In this document: positions 29,523-39,741 of the stretch, in pieces
Position numbering within the stretch: position 1 is the stretch's first letter
How the letters are laid out: the number at the start of each line of letters is the position of its first letter
From: Thermoplasmatota archaeon
GTDB lineage: Archaea > Thermoplasmatota > E2 > DHVEG-1
Assembly: GCA_035543435.1 (NCBI GenBank)
Contig: DATKKD010000047.1
Span: 1-56,003 of the forward strand
Direction of reading: 5' to 3'
Length of the DNA stretch: 56,003 nt
Notes under the pieces: generated by a model
Told to the model about the DNA's origin: nothing
Database searches by the model: none
What the model saw: only the letters and a program-made list of their open reading frames with translations
Translations under genes and position numbers: made by a program

Positions 29523-30836
29523 TTATTCGTACCTTAAGGCAACCACAGGATCCATTTTCGCTGCTTTTCGCGCTGGTAGCACTCCTGCGAACACTCCAAT
29601 CACAAGGCCGACGACCGCCGCAATGACGAACCATTCGACCGAGTAGGACAAACCAATGTTGCCACCCGCGCTGATGGCACCACCAAGGGTCTGGATGCTC
29701 GAGTTCAGAAGATTGACCACGAACGCGCTCCCGACAATCCCTAGGATAATTCCTAGGATTCCACCAAGAAGACCGATGATCGTGGATTGATACAAAAATA
29801 GTTGCAGAATGTCGCGGCGTTTCGCACCGATCGCCATCATCGTCCCGATCTCCCGCGTCCGCTCCGTCACGGTCGCGAACATGATGTTAGCGATCCCGAT
29901 GCCCCCGATGATGAGGGAGATAAGGGCAATCGCGGTGATATATAGCCGTATGACGCTCATAACCTGGTCGATCCTGTTGACGATATATTGTTGAGTGATG
30001 ATGACAAAATCGGTATTTTTATCTTTATACTGACCTGCGTCTGAGCTTCCGTTTTCTAAATAATTCAACACTTCATCTTGTACCGCCTGAACATGTGTAA
30101 TGTCGTCTGCTTCTGCAAGAAGTACGGAGTAAGCGGTGACCCTTTTAAAAATCGTTCCAACGTTTGAACCAAAGTAGGTCGAGTAATAGGGTGTTGTCGG
30201 GCAAATGATATCAGGTGTCGCAATAGAACCCACCATGTACGATGCTGTATTCTGTTTCAAGATGCCGACGATCTTTGCTTCAAGGGTCTTCGTATCAATC
30301 CTCTGAACATAGATCGTGTCACCGACCTTCAAGGTTTTATCCTTCCCGAACACCTCCGAAAAGCTCTTACTTATTACAATCTCGTTTTTTCCATCCTCGA
30401 ACATCGTCCCTGATTCTAATTCTGAATTGAAAATTTTCAGGATTGCAGCGGTGCTGGCGTACATGAGGTTCCCTGGTCTGGATTCCCATTTGAGGAACCC
30501 GTTTCGTAGAGAGACCTTTTTCAACGTGACGATTCCAAGCGGCGCGACCGTTTTAATATTCGGAAGTCCTTGTATCTTCTCTACATCCGCGGCCGTGAAG
30601 GAAACCGACCGTATCGACAGCTGTGGCGTCACACCCGAGGTTCCGGTTCCAATGACCATCCCGACAGGGTCGAACACGTTCCATTGCGTCCGCACGAAGC
30701 TGCTGACGGAGTTGCCTGCGGTCGTAACCATGATGACCGATCCGACACCGATGATGACTCCGATGAGCGTGAGGAACGTCCGTACTTTGTAGGACCGCAT
30801 CGCATCAAGACTCATCACGAAGATGTCCCGTATCAT
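29523..30836 (-). CDS. ABC transporter permease, MacB/FtsX-like
   Basis: N-terminal TM, a large extracytoplasmic domain, then a C-terminal FtsX-type 3-TM bundle (...TERTREIGTMMAIGAKRRDIL...). Confidence 0.8.
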   Translation of the reverse strand: MIRDIFVMSLDAMRSYKVRTFLTLIGVIIGVGSVIMVTTAGNSVSSFVRTQWNVFDPVGMVIGTGTSGVTPQLSIRSVSFTAADVEKIQGLPNIKTVAPLGIVTLKKVSLRNGFLKWESRPGNLMYASTAAILKIFNSELESGTMFEDGKNEIVISKSFSEVFGKDKTLKVGDTIYVQRIDTKTLEAKIVGILKQNTASYMVGSIATPDIICPTTPYYSTYFGSNVGTIFKRVTAYSVLLAEADDITHVQAVQDEVLNYLENGSSDAGQYKDKNTDFVIITQQYIVNRIDQVMSVIRLYITAIALISLIIGGIGIANIMFATVTERTREIGTMMAIGAKRRDILQLFLYQSTIIGLLGGILGIILGIVGSAFVVNLLNSSIQTLGGAISAGGNIGLSYSVEWFVIAAVVGLVIGVFAGVLPARKAAKMDPVVALRYE

Positions 30837-31513
30837 GTTTCCTCAGTCACCTCCCCGTCCAGCATGTTGATGACCCTGTTCGCGAACCGTTTCAGGGAGA
30901 TCGCATGAGTCACCAAGAGAACCGTTTTTCCCTCTTTGTTCAAGGCAACGAGCAGTTCCATGATCTGCTCACCGGTTTTCGTGTCTAGGTTCCCGGTGGG
31001 CTCATCTGCGAAGATGATGGAAGGGTTATTACAGAGAGCGCGAGCGATGGCGACCCGTTGCTGCTGTCCGCCTGAAAGCTCCGTGGGTTTGTGCGTCGCC
31101 CAGTTTGTGAGTCCGACCTTCTCAAGAAGGTCACCAGCGCGTCTGTCACGATCTCCTCGGGACGCCCCCACGAACACCATGGGGAGACTTACGTTTTTCA
31201 ACGCATTCATGGTTGCGATAAGATTGAATTTTTGGAAAATGAACCCGATTTTTTTGCCGCGGATCACTGCGAGTTCGTTATCTGAGAGCGTGGAGATGTT
31301 CTCCCCATCGAGCACGATACGTCCGGCCGTCGGGCGGTCCAGACATCCGATGATGTTCATAAGAGTGCTTTTCCCTGAGCCGGAGGGCCCCATGATGGCG
31401 ACGAAATCGCCCTTCCGGATCTTAATGGATACGTTGTTCAACGCCTTGAACTCGGTTTTCCCAGCTTTGTAGATTTTCGTAAGCGAGTCGATCTCAATGA
31501 CGTACTCAGACAT
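30833..31513 (-). CDS. ABC transporter ATP-binding protein, MacB/LolD-like
   Basis: Start placed at MSEYVIEIDSLTKIYK (ATG 31513, GGAGG 8 nt upstream). Walker A GPSGSGKST, signature LSGGQQQRVAIARAL and Walker B IFADEPTGNLD. Confidence 0.85.
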   Translation of the reverse strand: MSEYVIEIDSLTKIYKAGKTEFKALNNVSIKIRKGDFVAIMGPSGSGKSTLMNIIGCLDRPTAGRIVLDGENISTLSDNELAVIRGKKIGFIFQKFNLIATMNALKNVSLPMVFVGASRGDRDRRAGDLLEKVGLTNWATHKPTELSGGQQQRVAIARALCNNPSIIFADEPTGNLDTKTGEQIMELLVALNKEGKTVLLVTHAISLKRFANRVINMLDGEVTEET

Positions 31514-31538
31514 CAGGGTTGCCTCCGTAGATTGATGT

Positions 31539-31667
31539 CTACGGTGTTGATATTTCCTTGAGGGTTTGCGCGAGCGCTTTCGCTCTGTTTGCCACGACGA
31601 AGGATTTCGCGATGAATTCGATCTCTGTTGCTTCCTCGGGGGTGGACACTTGGCCGACAATCATCAT
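31539..31667 (-). CDS. candidate 42-aa ORF upstream of the ABC exporter
   Basis: Not in the track. GGAG is 9 nt upstream. My translation is MMIVGQVSTPEEATEIEFIAKSFVVANRAKALAQTLKEISTP. Stops 25 nt before the ATPase start. Confidence 0.25.
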   Translation of the reverse strand: MMIVGQVSTPEEATEIEFIAKSFVVANRAKALAQTLKEISTP

Positions 31668-32050
31668 GGTTTCTTACTCCTCAATACCTTGTTTACTCTG
31701 TTTTCTTTAAAAGGTGTTGTTGTACACCTGGTATCGAGGTCCTGTACAGGCCGTATCCAAATGCCCTTTCAGGGAAACGTGGTTCACATGGAACAATTAT
31801 TATTTAACACTTATTGATAAATGTATGACGGGTCAAACCTTCGAAGGATGCTCCTGATTTGCCGATAAAATCGTCCGGGGGCAGAAAAAAATTAGCCCTA
31901 TCACCTCCTGTGCTTAGTTTCGCTGGGGTCACGGAAAACCTTGAATACGGGGACCTGGTTGTGGAGCAGGCGCATAGGGTACACACGCTGGTATCTCACG
32001 AGAGAAATATATCTATGTATATATACGTTCTCATCGTAGGGGGGCAACCA

Positions 32051-34876
32051 ATGAAAAGCATCATCATCAAAGGAGCCAGAGAGCACAACCTGCAAAACAT
32101 CACGGTAGAGCTCCCACGAGACAAATTCATCGTTATCACCGGCATCTCAGGCTCGGGGAAATCAACGCTCGCCTTCGACACCATCTACGCGGAGGGACAA
32201 CGACGCTACGTCGAATCGCTCTCCGCCTACGCCAGGCAGTTCCTCGGCCTCATGCACAAGCCAGACGTGGACAGCATCGAAGGCCTCTCCCCGGCAATCT
32301 CCATAGAGCAGAAAACAACGAGCAAGAACCCGCGAAGCACGGTCGGAACCATCACCGAGATCTACGACTATCTCAGATTGCTCTATGCACGGATCGGGAC
32401 GCCGTACTGCCCGACCCATGACATTAAAATCGAGTCACAATCCCCAGCGAAAATCGCAGAACGCATCGCGACAGAACTCAAAGGAACCGTGACCATCCTC
32501 TCCCCAATCGTCCGACAGAAGAAAGGGACCTACGAGCAGCTCTTCAAAGACCTCAACAAGGAGGGCTACACAAAGGTTCGCGTCAACAAGACCATGCGAC
32601 GCACCGATGAGGAGATCAAACTGGAACGCTACAAGAAGCACGATATCGACCTCGTCATCGATCGAGTCGATTTATCAGATCGTTCTCGCCTCGCCGAGGC
32701 CTGCGAACAGGCACTCGAGAAATCCAAAGGCCTCATCCTCGTCCTCGACAGGATCGACAGCGAGCATCTCTACTCCTCGGTCATGGCCTGCCCGGTCTGC
32801 GGCATGGTGTTCGAGGAGCTCCAACCCAGGATGTTCTCCTTCAATAGTCCGTTTGGCGCCTGCGAGACCTGCCACGGGCTCGGCATCAAGATGGAGTTTG
32901 ACCCTGACCTCATCATTCCGAACAAGGACCTCAGCATCGCGGACGGGGCGATCGCCCTCTACAAGTCGATTCGTGACGGCTGGCGCACGAGCTACCTCGG
33001 CGCTGTCGCCAAACACTTCGGCTTTTCCATCTTCACCCCCATCAAGGACCTCACCGAGGAGCAGTACAACGCGATCATGTACGGCACCATGGAGAACATC
33101 AAGTACGACTTCCGGATGAAGAACGGCGACGCGCACTGGTCCTACGCCGGCAACTGGGAGGGCCTCATCCCCCAGTCGGAGCGGCTCTACCGGCAGACCG
33201 AGTCCGAGTACCGACGCCAGGACATGGAGCGGTTCATGCGCATCAGCCCCTGCCCGGCCTGCAAGGGGAAACGGCTCAAGAAAAAGATCCTCTCCGTCAA
33301 GATCGCCAAGCAGTCCATCATCGACATCACGGACATGTCCATCAAGCAGAGCATCGAGTTCTTCGACTCCCTCACCCTCACCAAGAAACAGACCGAGATC
33401 GCACACCTCATCCTCAAAGAAATCAAATCCAGGCTGCGGTTCCTGGACAACGTCGGGCTCAACTACCTGACCCTCTCACGCAACGCGGGGACGCTCGCGG
33501 GGGGAGAAGCGCAGCGCATCAGGCTTGCAACCCAGATCGGCTCCAACCTCATGGGCGTGTTGTACATACTCGATGAGCCGTCGATCGGCCTTCACCAACG
33601 CGACAACAAAAAACTAATCCATACTCTTGAGAAGCTGCGTGACCTCGGCAACACCCTCATCGTCGTGGAGCATGACGAGGAGACCATTCGAAGCGCTGAT
33701 CACATCATCGACATGGGGCCGGGGGCAGGAATCCACGGCGGCAAGATCATCGCCGCGGGGACACCCGAGGAGATCCAGTGTAACCCACGGTCCTTGACAG
33801 GGCAGTACCTCTGCGGGAAACAGTGGATCCCAATCCCTGAGACCACACGCTCTTCGGACCAGTACATCAGGCTCAAAGGATGCAGAGAGAACAACCTCAA
33901 GAACATCGATGTGAATATCCCCATAGGCACCTTCACCGTCATCACTGGTGTCTCCGGCAGCGGGAAATCCACGCTCATCTACGAGATCCTCTACAAGGGC
34001 CTCATGAAGAAGCTGCATGGATCACGGGATCCGCCGGGGAAACACGACGGAATCGAGCTCGACGTCGCGATCGACAAGGTCATCGTGATCGACCAAAGCC
34101 CGATCGGCAAGACCCCGCGGAGCAACCCAGCGACTTACACGAAGGTGTTCGATGAGATTAGGAACATCTTCGCCAGGCTCCCTGAGGCGAAACTGCGCGG
34201 GTACAAACCAGGCAGGTTCTCCTTCAATGTTCGCGGCGGCCGCTGCGAGGCCTGCCAGGGCGACGGCCTCATCAAGATCGAGATGAACTTCCTCCCGGAC
34301 ATCTACGTGGAGTGTGAGGAATGCAAAGGGAAACGGTACAACAAGGAGACCCTCGAGGTCCAGTACAAAGGACGTTCCATCGCAGACGTGCTGAACATGA
34401 CCGTGGAGGAGGCGATGGAGCTGTTCGAACACATCCCCTACATCCAGAAGAAGCTCGAGACGCTCAACCAGGTCGGCCTGAACTACATTAAACTGGGGCA
34501 AAGCTCAACCACGCTCTCCGGTGGCGAGGCACAGCGCATCAAACTCACCAGAGAACTATCGAAACGAAGCACAGGACGGACCCTGTACCTCCTCGATGAG
34601 CCTACCACCGGCCTGCATTTCCATGATGTGAAGAAACTCATCACGGTCCTCAACGACTTGGTCGATATGGGGAACACCGTGGTCGTCATCGAACACAACC
34701 TCGAGGTCGTGAAATGCGCGGATCACCTCATCGACCTCGGGCCAGAGGGCGGTGACCTCGGCGGTGAGGTCGTAGCGACCGGCACCCCCGAACAAGTCAT
34801 CCATAATCGGCGGAGTTATACCGGCCAGGTTCTCAGACCGTTCTTTCAGATGAAGAAGGCTGTATGGTTGAAGTAA
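32051..34876 (+). CDS. uvrA: excinuclease ABC subunit A
   Basis: [17 protein letters not shown] start (ATG 32051). [34 protein letters not shown], Zn-finger Cys pairs and a second ABC module [10 protein letters not shown]. Confidence 0.95.
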   Translation: MKSIIIKGAREHNLQNITVELPRDKFIVITGISGSGKSTLAFDTIYAEGQRRYVESLSAYARQFLGLMHKPDVDSIEGLSPAISIEQKTTSKNPRSTVGTITEIYDYLRLLYARIGTPYCPTHDIKIESQSPAKIAERIATELKGTVTILSPIVRQKKGTYEQLFKDLNKEGYTKVRVNKTMRRTDEEIKLERYKKHDIDLVIDRVDLSDRSRLAEACEQALEKSKGLILVLDRIDSEHLYSSVMACPVCGMVFEELQPRMFSFNSPFGACETCHGLGIKMEFDPDLIIPNKDLSIADGAIALYKSIRDGWRTSYLGAVAKHFGFSIFTPIKDLTEEQYNAIMYGTMENIKYDFRMKNGDAHWSYAGNWEGLIPQSERLYRQTESEYRRQDMERFMRISPCPACKGKRLKKKILSVKIAKQSIIDITDMSIKQSIEFFDSLTLTKKQTEIAHLILKEIKSRLRFLDNVGLNYLTLSRNAGTLAGGEAQRIRLATQIGSNLMGVLYILDEPSIGLHQRDNKKLIHTLEKLRDLGNTLIVVEHDEETIRSADHIIDMGPGAGIHGGKIIAAGTPEEIQCNPRSLTGQYLCGKQWIPIPETTRSSDQYIRLKGCRENNLKNIDVNIPIGTFTVITGVSGSGKSTLIYEILYKGLMKKLHGSRDPPGKHDGIELDVAIDKVIVIDQSPIGKTPRSNPATYTKVFDEIRNIFARLPEAKLRGYKPGRFSFNVRGGRCEACQGDGLIKIEMNFLPDIYVECEECKGKRYNKETLEVQYKGRSIADVLNMTVEEAMELFEHIPYIQKKLETLNQVGLNYIKLGQSSTTLSGGEAQRIKLTRELSKRSTGRTLYLLDEPTTGLHFHDVKKLITVLNDLVDMGNTVVVIEHNLEVVKCADHLIDLGPEGGDLGGEVVATGTPEQVIHNRRSYTGQVLRPFFQMKKAVWLK

Positions 34877-36417
34877 TGCAGTTGCCGACGAACCCGGGGT
34901 GCTACCTCTTCCGCGACAAGGACAGGACCATCATCTATGTCGGGAAGGCGAAGAACATCCGCAAGCGGGTGAGCACCTACTTCCAGCGGCCCGCGTTGGA
35001 CCCGAAGACCCAGTTGCTCATCCACAGCATCGCCTCCGTGGATTACATCGTCACGAACACTGAAGTCGAGGCGTTTATCCTTGAGAACACCCTCATCAAA
35101 CGGCATCAGCCGAAGTACAACATCAACCTCAAGGACGCGAAATCCTACGCGTTCATCCAGGTGACCGACGAGACCTTCCCAAGACTTTTGATTGCACGCG
35201 GGAAACCGAGCGGTCCGGGGCGTTTCTACGGCCCGTTCGTCTCAGGACAGGAGCGGGACTACGTGCTGCAGTTCCTTAACCGTACACTGGCGCTACGGAC
35301 CTGCAGGAGACTGCCGAAACGAGCGTGTCTGCGCTACCACATCCATGTCTGCGACGCGCCCTGCATCGGCTGCATCAATGCGGAAGACTATGGGAAAAAA
35401 ATCCACAACGCACAACTCATCCTTTCAGGGAAAACCCAGGAGCTCCTGAAGCAGCTCGAGCACGGGATGCATGAGCACTCCAAGCGACAAGAGTTCGAGA
35501 AAGCGCTCCTCCTGCGGAACCAACAGGAGGCGATCGCGCACTTGCAGGAGCGACAAACCATGCAGCGTCAGATCTCCTACGACGAGGACGTGGTGAACTA
35601 CCTTGTCAGGAACGACACCGTGTACCTCATGCTGTTCAACGTCTACAAAGGCACGCTTTCGCAGAAGAACGAGTTCGTGTTCGACGCAAGCCCTGAGTTC
35701 CTGGAGGAGTTCCTCGTGCAGTACTACTCGGAGAACCTTGTACCGTCCGAAGTCATCGTCCCGACGAGGACCACAGAGAGCGTCGCAGCGTTTCTCGCTT
35801 CTCGGCGTAAAAAGAAGGTGACCGTGCTCATCCCACAGAAAGGACCCAAGAAACGACTGCTTGATCTCGTCTTGAAAAACATCGAGATCACGTTCTTCGG
35901 CGACCTCAACAAGGTCGAGGAACTCAAAGCGAAACTGCAGCTGCAGGACGCGCCCCTCATCATCGAATGCTTCGACATCTCCCACCTCTCCGGCACATCC
36001 ACGGTCGGATCGCTTGTGCAATTCAGGAACGGCAAACCAGACAAATCCAACTATCGCAGATTCCGAATACGAACCGTTGAAGGAATCGATGATGTCGCGG
36101 CGATCGCGGAGGTCGTACGCCGGCGCTACACCAGGATCAAAGAGGAGAACAGTGAACTGCCGCACCTGATCGTGGTCGACGGTGGGCGAGGGCAACTCAA
36201 CGCCGCGGTCCATGAGCTCGAGAGGTTGGGCTTGAAGACACCGGTCATCTCGATAGCGAAACACTTCGAGGAAGTGTACGTACCAGGGAGGATGTTCCCC
36301 CTACGTATGGACCGCAGAGAAAAAGCCTTGCAGTTCATCCAGGAGATCAGGGACGAGGCGCATCGGTTCGCCATCGCTTATAACCGCCTGTTGCGGAAGA
36401 AAGAGTTGAGGTCATGA
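34864..36417 (+). CDS. uvrC: excinuclease ABC subunit C
   Basis: N-terminal GIY-YIG module [25 protein letters not shown]. UvrC endonuclease V-like C-terminal region. Overlaps the uvrA end. Confidence 0.9.
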   Translation: MVEVMQLPTNPGCYLFRDKDRTIIYVGKAKNIRKRVSTYFQRPALDPKTQLLIHSIASVDYIVTNTEVEAFILENTLIKRHQPKYNINLKDAKSYAFIQVTDETFPRLLIARGKPSGPGRFYGPFVSGQERDYVLQFLNRTLALRTCRRLPKRACLRYHIHVCDAPCIGCINAEDYGKKIHNAQLILSGKTQELLKQLEHGMHEHSKRQEFEKALLLRNQQEAIAHLQERQTMQRQISYDEDVVNYLVRNDTVYLMLFNVYKGTLSQKNEFVFDASPEFLEEFLVQYYSENLVPSEVIVPTRTTESVAAFLASRRKKKVTVLIPQKGPKKRLLDLVLKNIEITFFGDLNKVEELKAKLQLQDAPLIIECFDISHLSGTSTVGSLVQFRNGKPDKSNYRRFRIRTVEGIDDVAAIAEVVRRRYTRIKEENSELPHLIVVDGGRGQLNAAVHELERLGLKTPVISIAKHFEEVYVPGRMFPLRMDRREKALQFIQEIRDEAHRFAIAYNRLLRKKELRS

Positions 36418-38348
36418 ACGAGTTTCAGCTTCGGACGAACTTCACCCCAAAAGGGTCTCAACCAGAGGCGATCGCATCCTTAGTCGACGGAATCTCAAAC
36501 AAAAACTATTCATCCCAAACGCTCCTCGGGGTCACCGGATCCGGAAAGACGTTCAGCATGGCGAACGTGATCCAGGCGGTGCAGCGTCCAGCGCTCGTAC
36601 TCGCCCATAACAAGACCCTCGCGGCGCAGCTCTTCAGCGAATTCAAGGAATTCTTCCCGGAGAATCGTGTCGAATATTTTGTGAGTTATTATGATTATTA
36701 CCAACCGGAGTCCTACATCCCTCAACGAGACTTGTACATCGAAAAGGACGCCGACATCAACCCGAAGATTGAGCAGATGAGGCTTGCCGCGACCGCGTCG
36801 CTGCTCTCGCGGCCTGACGTGATCATCGTCGCCTCCGTGTCCTGCATCTATAACATCGGCAACCCACGGGAGTACAAGGAGCTGGGGTTCGAGATTAAGA
36901 GAGGCATGACGATCCAACGTAACGACCTGCTGCGGAAACTCCTCGAGATTCAGTACGAGCGTAACGACCTTGAGCTGCAGCCTGGCAGGTTTCGCGTGAA
37001 GGGGAACACCATCGACTTCATCCCTGGGTACTACACGAACATCTACCGGATCGAGATGGACGGCGACCGGATCGACTCCATCAAAGAGCTCAACAAGGTC
37101 ACGAACGCGCCCGTCGAGACGCTCGAGTACCTGTTCGTGTTCCCCGCGAAGCATTTCGTGATCGCGGAGGATAGTCAAAAACAAGCGATATCGACGATCA
37201 AACACGACCTCGAGGCACGCCTCCCGGAGCTGCCACCACTCGAGGCGCACCGCTTGAAGCAGCGCACGCTGTACGACCTTGAGATGATCGAGGAGACCGG
37301 GTACTGCAAAGGCATCGAGAACTACTCACGGTACTTCGACGGGAGAAAACCAGGGCAGAAACCGTACTGTCTGCTGGATTACTTCCCGGACAACTTTTTG
37401 TTATTCATTGATGAGAGCCATCGGACGCTTCCGCAGATCCATGGGATGCACCATGGGGAGTACTCACGGAAGAAAGCGCTCGTGGACTACGGGTTCCGGC
37501 TGCCAAGCGCGTTCGACAACCGCCCGCTCACATTCAAGGAGTTCGAACAGTACATGCACACCGTGATCTTCGTCTCCGCGACGCCGGGGGACTACGAGCT
37601 GAAGCGCTCACAGCAGGTGGTCGAGCAGATCATCAGGCCGACCGGTCTTGTGGACCCGCCGGTGGTGGTCCGCGGCATTGCAGGGCAAGTCGAGGATTTG
37701 ATGAAAGAGATCCAGCGGACCGTGACCCGCGGGGACCGGGTGCTCGTCAACACCCTCACCAAGAAACTCGCGGAGGAGCTCGCAGACTATCTCGCGGAGA
37801 AGGACATCAGGACCCGGTACCTCCACGCGGAGATCGACACCCTGGAGCGCACGGAGATCATCCGGCAACTGCGGCTCAAGGAGTTCGACGTGCTCGTGGG
37901 AATCAACCTCCTCCGGGAGGGTATCGACATCCCTGAGGTTGGGTTCATCGGCGTCCTTGATGCGGACAAGGAAGGATTCCTCCGGGACGAGCGCAGCCTG
38001 ATCCAGATCATCGGCAGGGCGGCGCGCAACGTGAACTCCGAGGTCGTGCTGTACGCTGATCACCTCACGGTGTCCATCAAAAAAGCCTTGGAGGAGACCA
38101 ACCGCCGTCGGACCATGCAGTTAGAGTACAACGCGGCGCACCACATCACCCCGACCACCATTATCAAACCCATCAAGGAGAAGTTGGTCGAGGTCACCGA
38201 CGTGAAGCACATCCCGAAGAAAGACGTCCCCGCGATCATCGTGAACCTCGAGGAAGAGATGAGGAAAGCCGCGGACGAGCTTGATTTCGAGAAGGCGATC
38301 GCACTGCGTGACCGGATCAACCGACTGCGACAGACCTTGCTGAAATAG
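36414..38348 (+). CDS. uvrB: excinuclease ABC subunit B
   Basis: Helicase motif I GVTGSGKTF, YYDYYQPE and the C-terminal UVR motif. Overlaps uvrC as ATGA. Confidence 0.95.
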   Translation: MNEFQLRTNFTPKGSQPEAIASLVDGISNKNYSSQTLLGVTGSGKTFSMANVIQAVQRPALVLAHNKTLAAQLFSEFKEFFPENRVEYFVSYYDYYQPESYIPQRDLYIEKDADINPKIEQMRLAATASLLSRPDVIIVASVSCIYNIGNPREYKELGFEIKRGMTIQRNDLLRKLLEIQYERNDLELQPGRFRVKGNTIDFIPGYYTNIYRIEMDGDRIDSIKELNKVTNAPVETLEYLFVFPAKHFVIAEDSQKQAISTIKHDLEARLPELPPLEAHRLKQRTLYDLEMIEETGYCKGIENYSRYFDGRKPGQKPYCLLDYFPDNFLLFIDESHRTLPQIHGMHHGEYSRKKALVDYGFRLPSAFDNRPLTFKEFEQYMHTVIFVSATPGDYELKRSQQVVEQIIRPTGLVDPPVVVRGIAGQVEDLMKEIQRTVTRGDRVLVNTLTKKLAEELADYLAEKDIRTRYLHAEIDTLERTEIIRQLRLKEFDVLVGINLLREGIDIPEVGFIGVLDADKEGFLRDERSLIQIIGRAARNVNSEVVLYADHLTVSIKKALEETNRRRTMQLEYNAAHHITPTTIIKPIKEKLVEVTDVKHIPKKDVPAIIVNLEEEMRKAADELDFEKAIALRDRINRLRQTLLK

Positions 38349-38372
38349 AAAAAAGCACAGGGGTTCCGGTTG

Positions 38373-38849
38373 TTATGCCATCGTCGAAATGAAAGTGAGG
38401 ATCCACTGGCTCAAATAGTCGCTGATGATGATGACAACGACCGCGATGGCGATATGTTCGAGGATCGCCTTATATGGGTTGACCTTTTGCTCGCATGCTA
38501 TGTAGTAAGTGAGGACTATGAGCAGTGAGAGGCCCCAGATGATTGACAGGACAGAAGCGATAGTCAGGGGGAGGAAGAGAATGAAGAGAATGAACACCAA
38601 GATGACGAAAAAACGAGTTATGAAGTTAAAGAGCGTCGATTTTCGAACCACATCTGATTTCTTCAGGTCTGATTCTTGGTAGATGTGAATCCCGAGCGAA
38701 TCAGAGATGTTGTCCGCGATCGCTATTACGAGGAGTGAGCCGATAATGGCGAACTTTGGGTTCGGGCTTTTTGCGAGTCCTATGATGAACGCCAGGCAGG
38801 TGATGATCGCGGAGGTGGCGCCAAAGCTGAAGCGGGTGAGATGAGACAT
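38373..38849 (-). CDS. VIT-family-like small membrane protein
   Basis: FGATSAIITCLAFIIGL and AIADNISDSLG resemble VIT/CCC1 TM1-TM2. Lacks the cytoplasmic metal-binding domain. Resemblance only. Confidence 0.45.
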   Translation of the reverse strand: MSHLTRFSFGATSAIITCLAFIIGLAKSPNPKFAIIGSLLVIAIADNISDSLGIHIYQESDLKKSDVVRKSTLFNFITRFFVILVFILFILFLPLTIASVLSIIWGLSLLIVLTYYIACEQKVNPYKAILEHIAIAVVVIIISDYLSQWILTFISTMA

Positions 38850-38946
38850 CGACTGGCTCTATAATCCTCGCTGTTATATAAGAATTCTTAAAAAATCTGG
38901 GATATTTGCAAATCGTTTTATAATTTCCTTCCCATTCATTTCCGAG

Positions 38947-39663
38947 TTGATCTCCGTGAAGAAGGCAAATTCTCAGGAGCAGCATGCGCGACGCAACGTG
39001 CTGTCTGATTTCATCCTCGGCAGCCAGGATGGATTGGTGAACGTGCTTGGCATCATCCTTGGTGTCTCCGCGGCGACGCGGGACATCAAGCTGGTCTTCG
39101 TCGCGACTCTCGCCGCACTCGGTGCTGAGTCGATCTCCATGGCCGCGGTTGCGTACACCTCGACGAGCGCGCGCCGTCGGTTGTACCAAAGCGAGGTACA
39201 GCGCGAGCAACAAGAGATGCGCGAGGTGCCTGACAGGGAGACCGAGGAGGTACGCGAGGTTCTCACGAAATGGGGATACATCGGGGAGGAGCGGGAGCAG
39301 CTGGTGCAACGCATCATCGCGAACCCGAGGGCATGGTTGGAGTTCATGATGTCGTACGAGCTGGAGCTCGCCCCCGTGGGTGCGTTCGAGGCGCGAAGGA
39401 GTTTTCTTCTCGTTGGTGGCTCCACGGTCGTGGGGTCATTGATACCTCTGTTGCCGTTCTTCTTCCTCAGCGGTGATGTGGTGACCGGTGCGATTTCCTC
39501 CGTTGTGGTGAGTGGCGTTGCGTTGTTCTTCATCGGGTGGTACGCGGCGAAAACCACGATCGGCTCGCTGTGGAGGTCAGGTGTCCAGATGGCTGCGATT
39601 GGATTGTCTGCTGGTTTCATCGGATTTCTCATCGGCCATTTCGTTGGAGCAACACCCCTGTAG
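38947..39663 (+). CDS. VIT1/CCC1-family iron/manganese transporter
   Basis: ILGSQDGLVNVLGIILGVSAAT (TM1). Glu-rich cytoplasmic helix bundle QSEVQREQQEMREVPDRETEEVREVL. C-terminal TM helices. The start codon (TTG in the track) is uncertain. Confidence 0.7.
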   Translation: MISVKKANSQEQHARRNVLSDFILGSQDGLVNVLGIILGVSAATRDIKLVFVATLAALGAESISMAAVAYTSTSARRRLYQSEVQREQQEMREVPDRETEEVREVLTKWGYIGEEREQLVQRIIANPRAWLEFMMSYELELAPVGAFEARRSFLLVGGSTVVGSLIPLLPFFFLSGDVVTGAISSVVVSGVALFFIGWYAAKTTIGSLWRSGVQMAAIGLSAGFIGFLIGHFVGATPL

Positions 39664-39741
39664 GAACTTTTCATCAACAATAATTTTTTGGATAGGAATT
39701 CTTATAAATCTCTCGTATTTTACAGAATACTCAATGTGGAG

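Noticed and set aside
31514-31660. N-terminal 49-aa extension of the ABC ATPase (track start TTG 31660). Similar extensions appear on uvrA (31859-32050), the C1 peptidase (2540-2593), the E2 acyltransferase (6917-7039), the PanE-like gene (24369-24392) and the surface protein (39688-39741).
   Set aside because: The extensions are Arg/Ser-rich or otherwise non-protein-like, or they overlap neighbouring genes or promoters. Internal ATGs with family-typical N-termini and/or GGAGG-like sites are available.
32675-33406. 243-aa minus-strand ORF inside uvrA. Similar long antisense ORFs occur at 35425..36264 (in uvrC), 36510..37250 and 37608..38063 (in uvrB), 38973..39680 (opposite the VIT1 gene), 17079..17744 (opposite the Lon-like gene), 43876..44580 (opposite the FG-GAP gene) and 15829..16356/16161..16730 (in pycB).
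   Set aside because: All lie fully inside genes with unambiguous family motifs on the other strand. Their translations are low-complexity Arg/Gly/Asp/Leu/Val-rich, as expected for stop-poor antisense frames of GC-rich coding DNA.
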